Positions 1 to 11,629 of a DNA stretch of 64,000 nt are shown here, in pieces. Position 1 is the stretch's first letter, and each line of letters starts with the position of its first letter. Position numbers and translations under genes: made by a program. A model generated the notes under the pieces. That model searched no databases and had not been told where the DNA came from. It worked only from the letters and a program-made list of their open reading frames with translations. The stretch lies in contig JBHGNT010000004.1 of the NCBI GenBank assembly GCA_043228905.1, positions 18,290,001-18,354,000 of the forward strand, read 5' to 3'. This DNA comes from Azolla caroliniana (lineage: Eukaryota > Plantae > Polypodiophyta).

Positions 1-730
1 GCTGTCCAGCAAGCAGAGCCCCAAGACAAAGGCTGAGAAGGAGGACATGATGAAAGTACCATATGCCTCTGCCGTCGGGAGCTTGATGTACGCAATGGTG
101 TGTACCCGACCGGACATCGGATATGCAGTCGGAGTGGTGAGTCGGTACATGAGCAATCCCGGCAAAGAGCACTGGAACGCGGTCAAGTGGATACTCCGAT
201 ACCTGAAGAGCACGGCAAACGTGAGCCTCCGATTCGGCTCCGGTAAGCCCGAACTCGACGGCTTTACCGATTCGGATATGTCGGCTGATGCAGATACCAG
301 CCGGTCCACATCAGGGTATGTGATGACGTATGCAGGTGGAGCTGTTTCGTGGCAGTCGAGGCTGCAGAAGACGGTTGCATTGTCAACCACGGAGGCGGAG
401 TACATGGCGGCTGTTGAAGCCGGCAAGGAAATGATATGGATGAAGGACTTCATTAGAGAGCTCGGTATCCGGCAGGAGGAGTACCGACTCTACTGCGACA
501 GTCAGAGTGCCATCCACCTTGCGAAGAACGCGGCCCATCACTCCCGGACGAAGCACATCCAGCGAAGATATCACTGGATCCGGGAAAGGATAGAAGACCA
601 GGAGTTCGTGCTTACGAAGATCCACACGGACGAGAACGGGTCGGATATGCTGACCAAGGTACTCACACCCGACAAGCTGGAGGCATGCCGGAAGAGGATC
701 GGATTGGAGAGACATCCCATGCCGAAGTGA
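1..730 (+). CDS. Ty1/copia (Tork/Tnt1-like, family C1) polyprotein, RT C-terminus + RNase H; 5' part outside the window
   Basis: Uninterrupted ORF with KVPYASAVGSLMYAMVCTRPDI, FTDSD, ALSTTEAEY, YCDSQSAIHLAKN, SDMLTK; stop overlaps PPT GAAGGGGGAG. Confidence 0.95.
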   Translation, partial: LSSKQSPKTKAEKEDMMKVPYASAVGSLMYAMVCTRPDIGYAVGVVSRYMSNPGKEHWNAVKWILRYLKSTANVSLRFGSGKPELDGFTDSDMSADADTSRSTSGYVMTYAGGAVSWQSRLQKTVALSTTEAEYMAAVEAGKEMIWMKDFIRELGIRQEEYRLYCDSQSAIHLAKNAAHHSRTKHIQRRYHWIRERIEDQEFVLTKIHTDENGSDMLTKVLTPDKLEACRKRIGLERHPMPK

Positions 731-740
731 AGGGGGAGTT

Positions 741-1339
741 TGTTGGGATTTCGGTCCCTACGGATGGGATGTCCGGAGATGAACGACGGCAATCCCGGTT
801 ACGGTTACGGTCCCGGCTACGGAGCCGGATGATGAAGACCCCGGCTACGGAGCCGGATGATGAATGTACCCGGGGCGAGATCCGGATGCGGGGACATACT
901 TGTGAATATGTTCGCCAAGGGCCCTTTGAGGCTATATTTGTAAATAGCCCGAAAGTCATATGCGTATAAATATGACTTAGGGCAAACAGTTTTATGTTGC
1001 TGCTCATTTTTATGTTTTCAGTTGAGAGAGCGAAGTGAGAGCAGTAGAGAGAGAGAGAGAGAGAGAAAGAAACGAAGAGGTCGACGCCTCTGTGTATTAC
1101 CGCCGCCTGTGGCGAAGACAGTGAGCTCAAGGTTGTTGCCTTGTAGCTACACCATTGTACATCTCTGTGTATAGTGATAGTTGGAGTTTGAGGACTCCCG
1201 TGGTTTTTTTCCATTTAGGGTTTTTCCACGTAAAACACCCTGTGTACTCTTCTCTCTATTGTCTTCGTACATTTTGTATTTCCTGTTTTTCTGTGAGTTG
1301 ATCCTATTCCTCGGTTGTGTCCGAGCACGGTTTTCAACA
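741..1339 (+). mobile_element. 3' LTR of copia family C1
   Basis: Starts TGTTGGG after the PPT (729-738), ends TCAACA; has TATAAA and an (AG)n tract; homologous to LTRs at 36326, 43249, 57703, 61278. Confidence 0.9.
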
Positions 1340-4300
1340 AAATGTTCTGTATCCAGAATCAACATATTGTCGGCATTATAATCTGGCCAAGTGTCCCAAA
1401 AATCAGAAAGTCTTTTGAATCTTGCAACATCTTTTTGCTCATAATTCTCTCGTGTCCACTGACCCTTGAAATGTTGTCGCCACTTCGGGAAGAATCTTTC
1501 TACGCACTTCCACATATCTATATGTGGTTTTTCGCTCCAAATAAACAAATCAAAGTATTGCACAACCCAGTCTAGAAATTGGTTTGCGTCCCTCTTTGGT
1601 GTCATATATCGCACACTCATCAGGACTTTATCAAGCTCCATGATTAAGGCTCTTCTTTCAACTTCTAATGGTTTAGGTTTCCATTCTTGTAACTGAGCCT
1701 CTATTACACCAAGTACTGGTAGCACATGATCAATTTCAATCAACTCAAGTTCTGTCGGCACAATTGGTGTCCTTTTCCTCTTCAAACCCCTGGTCGACTG
1801 TGTTGGGCCTGGCTTCACATTCTGGTGCTCTTGTGTTGTCGACTTAATCATTGGCTCGGTGCATGTAGATACTGATCTGGTCGATATCAGCCCACTAGTA
1901 TCACATGCTGCATCTACCTGCAAAATCAGATCATTTGTGCAACATGCTTGATCAACTTGCGTGACCAGATCATTTGTGTTAGTTGCTACATCTACTTTCA
2001 AGATGTGGCCCTCTAAACATGCAAGAACATCAACAGTTTCCACACTGCCATCGGCCTTAGGAGCAATAGATTCAAACCCTTTAGACTCTGCAACATAAGA
2101 AAACACCAGCATATTCACACTAACAAAGTAACTAGCAGTCTCACAAAACAACATAATGAACATGAAATATTTTCCATCATAGAAACATGAACATAATTAT
2201 CTTGGAGCAACATCATAGACTTCCATTACATAATCTGCTTAGAGCAACAACCAATCTGAGGTTTTACTTTTCCAAATAGATCATAGTAAAACTTCATAAA
2301 ACCCTTGGAAAATCGCTAATAATCATATCCCACTCATAAGTATTTCACTCCAATTCAAGAGCCCCTTGACCGAGTAACTAGTCTTGTCCCCGATCGTGGC
2401 CCCTTCTTTAGCCTTTTTCTAGCCGGTTGCCCATTTAGCCTTGCTTCTTTGACCCATTCCGCAAGTGTGTACTCCTCCGACAACCTTTCCATCACCTGAG
2501 CAATGGCTTGCAGGTCAGCCGCGTCTTGCACTAGCTTCTCCAGTAGAATGGGATCTGTTTGGACATTATCAGTAGTTGGGCTCAGTAGGGTGGAATCAAG
2601 GTTTTGGGATTTGAAGAAATGTTGCATCAAGTGTTCAAAAACAATATTGTTGTGAACCTCAGATTTACATTCTGTTTCGAATATTTCATGGCTTTTCACA
2701 TCGTTGCCTAATTCATTACCATCTTCCAAAAGAATAGGGTGGAGCTTATCTCAAGGAGATGTGATAGCAGGACTCTTACTTTCAGCCACATTGGCAACTA
2801 TCTCCTCATCGGTTGCAGCGTCATCTGCACCAGACAGCTCATGCACCCTCCTTAATCCATAAGATTCTACAACAACATGGTCGCTAATTAGCTACTCTTA
2901 GCTAACTATCTATTCTTCTAGACTATGACAGTAGCTAATTAGCTACCACTGAGCTAATTAGCTACTTCGCTTAGGTATGGTACTAGCTAATTAGCCATTG
3001 TAACTAAAGTATGGTAGTAGCTAATTAGCTACCACTTAGCTAATTAGCTACCACTTACATAATTAGCTACTTTGCTGAAGTATGGTAGTAGCTAATTAGC
3101 TACTGAACTAAACTATGGTAATAGCTAATTATCTACCAGTTAGCTAATTAGCTACTATACTAAACTATAGTAGTAGCTAATTAGCTATTGTATTAAACTA
3201 TGGTAGTAGCTAATTAGCTAAGTGGTAGCTAATTAGCTACACAACTAATGTATGCTAGTAACTAATTAGCTACCACTTAGATAATTAGCTATTGTACTAA
3301 ACTTTGGTAGTAGCTAATTAGCTACTACTTAGCTAATTAGCTATTGTATTAAACTATAGTAGTAGCTAATTACCTACCATTTAGCTAATTAGCTACTGTA
3401 TTAAACTATGCTAGTAGCTTATTAGCTACCACTTAGCTAATTAGCTACTCAGCTAACGTATGGCAGTAGCTAATTAGCTACTGTACTAAACTATGGTAGT
3501 AGCTAATTAGCTTCCACTTAGCTAATTAGCTACTCAGCTGAAGTATGGTAGTAGCTAATTAGCTACTATAGTAAACTATGATAGTAGCTAATTAGCTACT
3601 TAGCTAAAGTATGGTAGTAGCTCATTAGCTACCACTTAGCTAATTAGGTATTGTACTAAACTATGGTAGTAGCTAATTAGCTACTGAGCTAAAGTATTGT
3701 AGTAGCTAATTAGTTACCACTTAGTTAATTAGTTACTCATCTAAACTGTGGTAGTTGATAATTAGCTACTGTATTCAACTATGGTAGTAGCTAATTAGGT
3801 ACTTAGTTACTCAACTAAACTATGGTAGTAGCTAATTAGTTACCACTTAGCTAATTAGCTACTGTACTAAACTATGGTAGTAGCTAATTGGCTAATTAGC
3901 TACTCAGCTAAAGTATGGTAGTAGCTAATTAGCTACCACTTAGCTAATTAACTACATGTTAGATAATTAGCGACTACACTATAACCATAATAGCTAAATA
4001 GTTTCCACACTTTATACAGCTTACCTAATTAGCAAAGATAGAACTAATTAGCTACACTATGGTCACAAGCATCAATTTTACCTGTGTGTTTTCTCCACTC
4101 ATCTGGGAGAGTTGTACTACAATCCCCCAAACAGAATGTAGCAATGCGACAAGCATATTGAAAACAAACGATATGGTATGTGTGCTGCCATGGTTGTAGG
4201 TGAACCAATAGAGTAGCAGATTTCTCCTCTACACGTAATCCACAAGCGATGCAACGTGCTTGAGCAATCAATATATCGTTTTCTGGTTCTCCTTCATTTG

Positions 4301-5777
4301 GTAAGGGAGCAAGAATGTTCAGGTCCAATTCTTGTCTGCTCCTTACCATCCCCTCCGCAAAATGTAGCTGCTTCTTATGCCAGCTAACTACCTGTTCTTG
4401 ACGGGAGTATTGTTCCTTCAACGTAGCCGAGAAATTTACGGATTCATTATTCCTTAATGAGGAAGATACAACAACAAGAAACAAGAATCGTTAACTTACT
4501 TGTGGCTTTTCCAAATTGTAATCAGCAACAGTATTTACACCTAGAAGGTCCAGGTTCATTGAAAGAACTTGGATCTCTGTCTGCAGTTGAATTTTCCGTT
4601 GGGGATCCAGCGACCCCTCAATTTCAAGTTCCTGTTGAGCAACTTGTTCCAAATAATGCCTCAGTAGCACATTTTCAAGTACAAGTTATTTATAACATAT
4701 TACATACTAGCAAAACAATAGGTACCTGAATCTTATTTCTAATTGTTGTAACTACGAAAGTGACTTTGCTCTCCATCGCAACAGCCAATGTTGCTTTCTC
4801 TAAATCAGTCTTAAAAAACTTCAATGTCTCACAGGCTTCATGGACATTTTTTAGCATATAGCTAATCAATGTCTCACCTGTATCATCGACATTGGCTTTC
4901 ATTGTGTGTCGGTGTGGCATATACTTGCGGGTTTGTTGGGAGTCGGCAGTTGCATCATCAACTGCCATGCTCCAAAATCTTGCCATTTTTTGTTGCAAGC
5001 TCCCCATCTTTTGACATCTTTCTACCGATGCCTCACCATAAATTGCCTAGGCTTCCCTTTACATTTCAGGGTCACAAGATTCCTTCGTTGTTTCGCAATA
5101 CTCATACGCAAAAGCTCTGGTTGTTGACCAGGATATCTTGATGTACTTTCTGGTGCAGACTCATGTAGTCGTCGTACAGGTTCAGTCGTACATGCTTGAG
5201 CTTGACCTTGGTTTTCACTCTAGGCACTTTATATACTGACATCTAGTCTACATCACTAATCAATCTATCTGTTAGAACAGCAAGGTCAATACCCTCGAGT
5301 GACAAACCATATATGTTCAGCATTCCTTTGTCTCGCAAAATTTTGCGAAGTTCAACACTCTAGGATAGGGAGGAACGAGCCACCTGAAATAGAATATCAG
5401 TAATCAAAATTGGTGCAAAAACAGATTTTTTAATGTGAATTTGGTGCAAAATTACAACACTTCGAGACAATAATCTGAAATTTGTAATATGTCCTTTTCA
5501 ACATGTATCAAAAATCAAACACTTAAAAAATCGGAAACCCTAATCAGAATTTGTCATGAGAATTGGTGCAAAATTACAACACATTGCGACAGTAATCAGA
5601 AATTTGTTATTAGAAATTTGTAACCAGAAACTTGTAATCTGAAATTTGTAATTAGAAACCCTAAACCACTTAACGGAAACACAAACCCTAATCATCACTA
5701 AAGGTAGAAATCAACCGTACTACGAAATTCTGTCAATCAGAAACAAACTTGCTGCTACACCCCGATCTTCGAGACAT
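1340..5777 (-). pseudogene. Multi-exon TE-borne gene: unknown N-terminal region, RING-like finger, FCP1/NIF-like HAD domain; has stops and is cut by the copia insertion
   Basis: Candidate ATG 5777, acceptors near 5384 and 2088; CIAC...HTYHIVC...C in 4044-4484; ALIMELDKVL, FLDWVVQYFDLFIWS, KRLSDFW...YNADNMLILD in 1340-2088. Confidence 0.55.
2880..4050. repeat. Minisatellite of palindromic GTAGCTAATTAGCTAC units
   Basis: Dozens of copies separated by two recurrent linker types (short CACT-type and TGTACTAAACTATGGTA-type). Confidence 0.95.
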
Positions 5778-6298
5778 CCTTGTTCGGGACTCCAACGACT
5801 TCGCCCTATTCGATTTTTGGGAAAGATGAATAGGCACCAAGGTATTTATCAGAAAGGAAATAAAAAGTTTTTTTAATATGTAACTGATGCATACCTAGAC
5901 GAGGATCGACTTGCTCGTGTGTTGTAGCTCTAAAGGTGCAATGTCGATCTTAGAGTTTTTGTGCTGTTGCGAGGGCTTCATCTGCATTCATGCTCAGAGT
6001 ACTCCATCTGTTTGGAGTTCTAACATGAAGTCAAGATTATCAAGAATTTGATGACATTCAAGTCAACCTTAGATGATGGCACTATTCCCCATGTTCCACT
6101 ACGTTAGAAACCAAAGTTCAAATATTTGAGTATTCTCATAAATTAAATGACCTCTATTTAACCAATAAAACATAAAATTTCGTAAACCATCCTTATGTTT
6201 TTCCCACAAAAAACTAGCTAAACAAATAGCTAATTAGTTGTGGTCATTTTAGTAGCTAAGTAGCTATTATAGTGTTTCCACTCGCATGCTTTTACCTG

Positions 6299-9200
6299 CG
6301 CATCTCTTCCTTCATCGCGGCATGCCAATTTACGTCCTTCGCCGCTTCTGTGTAGCTCTCTGGCTCACGCACTTCCGCCACTCGCGTCATGTAGGCGTAA
6401 TGATGCGCCATGTACTCGTTTTATCCTAAGTGCACCGCGGGGTTCTTTTGGTGGGTAGATCAACGTAATGGCTCATTAGCCGATTTTGAGGCCCTCTTGG
6501 CTGACGCGGACTCCGTTTCTAGAGGTCCATCTTTGTTCTTCTTGGAGTCGAATTCTCTTTGATCCGACTTGTCGTTATCAGTGCCGTACTCCGGCATCTT
6601 CTTCTTTCCCTTCTCTTTGCATGTAAGCCGTTGTCGTAGTGTAATTTGCACACTACATGAAAATTACATTTTTGTCCCTTCGGATGGGGCAAGGAGGAAC
6701 TGGTAAGGAGGACCCGGTAAGGAGAACCGGTAAGGAGAATCGGTGAGAACCGAACATAAAGGAGGGACCGGCAAGGAGGACCCGGTACGGAGACCCGGTA
6801 AGAACCGGATCAAGCAAAGCCGGCAAGAGCCGGATAAAGAAGGCCGGTGAGAGTCTCACCAGATGAAGAGGCAAATTTGTAAATAGAAGAAAAGATTGTT
6901 ACGTGCATAGGGCAGATTCAAACCCTATACTTCCACATAAACAAACCCCAACCTTACCATTGTACTAACTTATCCTAAGTGTTCTAGATATAGATTTAAT
7001 TCATATAAGACCTTTTTTTACGCCTATTAAAATGTAAGTCATGCATTTTTAGAATGCATGAATACTTTATTTATAAGAAAAATGTACACCAATAAAAAAT
7101 TACTTGTGCACATCTAGCGAGCATGAGCACTATATTTAGGAAATAAAAGCATAATGTAAAAAGCAACTCATGCACACTTAGTGTGCATGAACACTTTAGA
7201 AAAGGCATGAAGCTATGCTTAGCCTCTTCCATCCTTATATAAGGAGGAGAGAAAGATGTATATGATTGTTGATTATTTTGTAAGGATTGACCAATATAAT
7301 ATATTCGTGGGATTCACGAATTTTTCATCTAAATTGTCTCTTACTATCTAAATATTGATTAATTACACTAAAAACGTGGGATTCACAAGTTTTATTTCTT
7401 ACTTCTCTTTCTACCTATTCATAACTAGCCTTATATTGTATTCATCTTTCTCCTAGTCCAAAACCTCAGTGGTTCCCACCCGACTCACACAACGATCGGG
7501 AACCAAAAGGCACGACACAAGTGGTGAACCCGACGTGAAATCAAGTGGCAAGGAGATGGAAAATCAACCGGGGGCTAACAACATGATGGCGATGTTTGAG
7601 TGGATGCTACAAGAACAACGCACGATGTCGGAGATTACGGCGGCAGTGGAACGGCTCGTGCAACGGAACGGGAAATTCAACGGGAAAGATGTGTCACGAT
7701 ATTTGTGAGATTACAAGGCGAAAATGCTACGGTGCGGGATTTCGGAAGGACTACAAGTGACATCCTTGAACCGGGCGGCGACCGACGGGCTTCAAGGGAG
7801 TATCCACGGGATACGGTAGCAAAATCCGACGTGGGAGGCATTTGAAGAGGCGCTAAAGACCACGTTCACCATCGAGGACTCCTCCAAGTCAACGAGGAGG
7901 GGATTCGAAGATTGGGTGGAAACACCGGATAAGGGGATGAAGGTCCTCGATATGTTTTCGTCATTCGCAAGGCTGTTCGGGAGGTTGTCTGCGAGAGATC
8001 AAGCTACCCTCACACTGGACAAAGTGATCATGTTCCTACAAGCCATGGACATCTGGGATCGAAAAGATCTTGGAGTGCTTTTGGAGGACACAACCACTGA
8101 GAGTGGCCTCACGAAAACATGGGAAAGCGTGCGGGATATCGTCGCGTGATACACAAAGAGGGGGCAATGGCTTGCTAGCGAAGAAAAGAGGGTTTCAGAA
8201 CCGATTCCAAAACCGAGATCAGGATTGGAAGACCATCAACTGAGGGCTCGGGAGACTACGACTGAGAAGGGAATCCAGGCAACCACAGTGGAGTAGTTGT
8301 TGAAAGAAATGGAGAATCTGAAAATCGCGATGGTAAAGAAGTCGGATGACAGTCCCACAAGCGCCAAGTATATGGACCGTCAGTGCATATGGTGCGATAG
8401 CACCGAACATGATCGAAGGGATTGCGACGAGCACAAGGAGGCGTTACGACGGGATCTTATCTACTAGGAGGGAAATCAGATCCATTCGATGGACTCTCGG
8501 AAGCCACGACCACCGAACTTCCGGAAAGGCGGCATGAAGAAGGTCCTCGAGGAGGAAATAGCGGCGAAAGGTAATTATGCGACAATCACAGGAATAAGTG
8601 TGGGTGAGTCATCGGGAGCAAAGGCGTCTTTTTGGCCGGATGTGCTAGAAAACCCCGACAAACCCGACTCACGCAACGATCCGGAGCCGAAAGGCAGGAC
8701 ACTGTCTCCTCGGCTTTTTGCGCGGGGAATGCAAGGCTGAGTCACCACTACTTGCCGGCTCTGCGTCTGACTGGTCATGCTGACTCAGTTACTCATTTGG
8801 CCCACTTAGCCTGAATGAGATCAGACTCTCTTCAGGAGCTCTGATGTCTCCTTCATCCCGAGGCATGTCAGCCTCGTTGACCTCTTCGTCAGTGATCGCA
8901 ATGGAGTCATGAGCGGTTGGAGGCGAAGGCAAGTACCACGACGCGGACTCGTCGAACACAACATCACAACTTACACGACCTTGTTTGGTTCGGCATGGGT
9001 TATAGCACTTATAACCCTTCTGTTCGTCTGAGTACCCAACCAAGATACCCTTCTCAACTTTGGCATCCAGCTTCCTCCATTTCTCCTTCGGCAGATGCAC
9101 ATACACAATGCTACCGAAAACCCTCAAGTGTGCCAAGTTCGGCTTCTTATTAAAATTTTGGCATATGCTTCTCTTCGAGCATTTCCCTGGCCGCCTCTTC

Positions 9201-11560
9201 AATCGTCTGATTTTTCCGCTCAGCCACGTTGTTCTGTTGTGGCATGTATTTGCAGGAGAAATCGTGCCGAATTCCTTCGTCCTGCAGATAATTCGAGAAC
9301 TTGTCAGAGACGTAGTCCTTCCCACCATCGGATCTTAGGCACTTGATCTTCTGTCTAGTTTCCCTTTCCGCAAGGCTCTTTACCTTCAGAAAACACACGA
9401 AGACTTCGCTCTTTTTCACAATCAAGCACGCCCAAGTGTGTTGAGAGAAATCATGGATGAAAGTCACGAGATATCAGCTTCCACCGAGACTCACATTTTT
9501 TGCCGGTCCCTATACATCTTAATGGATCACATTGAGCAAATTTCGGCTCCGGTTACGCTCATCGGGGAATGGAAATCAGTGATGCTTTCCCAACTAGCAG
9601 GCTTTGCAAACTTGGCCCTTTCCGCCACTGAATTTCGACAAGCTAGAAACGATGTTTTTCTTCTACATTTCTCGAAGCTTCGGGAAATTTACGTGGCCGA
9701 ACCTCTAGTGCCACAGGTCGATATCCGATTCGACCTTTTGCCCTTTCGCAAACATATCAGTGCCTAGGTCGTTGTTCTCGAGGATAAACATCCTCCCTTC
9801 AGAGCGCCCTTGCATGATTATCTTGCCTTCCTCTTCGATGTAGCAACCAAGATACGTGAATCGAACTTGCATCCCCTGGTCGACAATCTGTCCGACCGAC
9901 ACCAGGTTCTTGGTTATTGTCGAGACGTGTAGCATGTTCATGAGTTTCCCTTTCTCCCCGATGTGGCTGAGGGGAACTTCTCCGACATGTTCGATGGTAT
10001 GCGGAGTGTTGTCTCTAGTTTCGACCACTCCTTGTTTTTCTGGTTTCTCCAAGTACAAGAACCCTCGTGACTCATCATGTGATTTGATGCTCCAGAGTCA
10101 ACATACCACACCTCGATCGGTTTCGAGTTGTTCACCGCCATCGAATTGGCCTTGTGCTTCATTACGAAGGCTGGGCCCGATCCATTTTCGGCTCATTCGG
10201 AGGCCTCCACGTAGTGCGATCGCTATCGATTTCCTTGTTTGGTCTGCCCGGATTTGAATGCGGTTTTCTCTTAATCAACACATTTCTTCCAGCACTCGCT
10301 CTCCCTGTGGCCTTTCTTGCTACAATACTAACATTCCGCGGTGGGTTTCCCTTGCCGGTTTTCAGCGTCGCCTCGACTCCCCCTGCTTCCGAAGGGTCTG
10401 GAACTACTGTTAGCCTTATGGCCATGCCTTCCATCTTGCTCCTATTAGCCCCCTCCATTGTGCGCTGACTTGCCTCGTCCACCATGATCACGGGGTCTAT
10501 CTTCCTCCGTGTACAACATCTTGTTGTCGGCATGCGTACTCGTTTACGCACCTGCGTAGTTCTCCTCTACTAGGAGCATCGATTGTAAGTCGAAAAATGA
10601 TAATGTATTCTCCCTCGTACACACCACAGTTCCGAAAGCTCCAAACTTCGACGCTAACCCTCCGAGGTAGACCTGCACCATTTCGTTCTCCTCGACATTT
10701 ACCTTGATGGAGGCGAGAGAGTCGCAGATGTCCTCCTTATCTTGGAGGTGTAATCAGCCACTAACATATCTTGTTGTCGAACATTGCTCAACTCTTGCCC
10801 CAGTTGGAGCTTTCCGGATGTGGTGCTCGCAGCGAAAATCTTTTTCAGATTTCCTCAAGCATCCTTTGGCCTCTGCATATCCTGAATGTAGCTCAGAAGG
10901 TGATTGCTCACACCGAATGTGAAGCAGTAGAGAACTCTACTTGCCGCCTGTTCCCAGTTTGGGAAATCTCTATGTGTCGATTCGGGTGCTTCGTCATTAG
11001 TTCCATCGACATAACTCCAGTAACCATGACCAAGCAAGTACTTGTGCATATTGTAAGACCAAGATGCATAGTTGCTCTTCTCGAGCTTCTCAGTCGGTAG
11101 CAAGCTTCCCATTCTTTTGTCCATATTGTTCTCGTATCTTTTCCAAAATCGAAAAAACTTGACTCTATCTTTATCACTTGCTTTTCTGTCGGCTGTAGAG
11201 GAGTCTCAACCCTTGCGCTTTGATACCATGAAAAGGAATACACTGCGGAGGCGTGTGCGTAAAAGATACAGAGTACACAATTCGGAAATATGACAGTTTG
11301 GTGAAACACAAAAAGCACACAGAGAAGAAGAGGAGGAGCGAGAGACACAGAGAGAGTAGACAACATTTCTATTCCAAGAAAATAACACTTTGTACATAGG
11401 ACGTGCTCAAAGAGCACTTTTATACAAGTCCATACGGACTGACAAAAGTACTGACACGTACTTCAATGCTCATCAACGAGCCCCTACACTAACTCCCAAA
11501 ATATATTCCTCCGCGGAATATCTTTCCAACGGCCTTGGGGTTTACGCACCGCTACGGCCT
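6299..11560 (-). mobile_element. Degenerate copia family C2 (gag, protease, integrase, PBS, part of 5' LTR), split by the gypsy at 6632-8701
   Basis: EKLEKSNYASWSY gag, WYVDSGASNHM protease, CLRSDGG and VAERKN integrase; iMet PBS TGGTATCA at 11221-11228; LTR from 11229. Confidence 0.88.
6632..8701 (+). mobile_element. tRNA-Trp-primed gypsy element, internally deleted (5' LTR, gag, last ~50 bp of 3' LTR)
   Basis: LTR 6632-7517 TGTCG...CGACA; PBS TGGTGAACCCGACGTGAA; zinc knuckle CIWCDSTEHDRRDC; TSD CCGT/CTGT rejoins the host copia. Confidence 0.85.
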
Positions 11561-11629
11561 CTCGTTGCGCACCCGGTTTACGCACCCAACCAACGCATTG
11601 GTTTACAGACAGGTTTACGCACAGAATGT

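Larger units (their letters stand above)
1340..6298 (-). mobile_element. TIR DNA transposon (CACTA/CMC-like architecture, atypical terminus); left part interrupted by the copia and outside the window
   Basis: Right end GTTTCCACTCGCATGCTTTTACCTG matches the TIR of the MITE at 38189-38487; shares subterminal TAGCTA repeats; abuts copia pol sequence at 6299; no transposase seen. Confidence 0.6.

Noticed and set aside
2880-4050. CRISPR-like array of palindromic repeats
   Set aside because: Linkers are repetitive rather than unique, no cas genes, eukaryotic context
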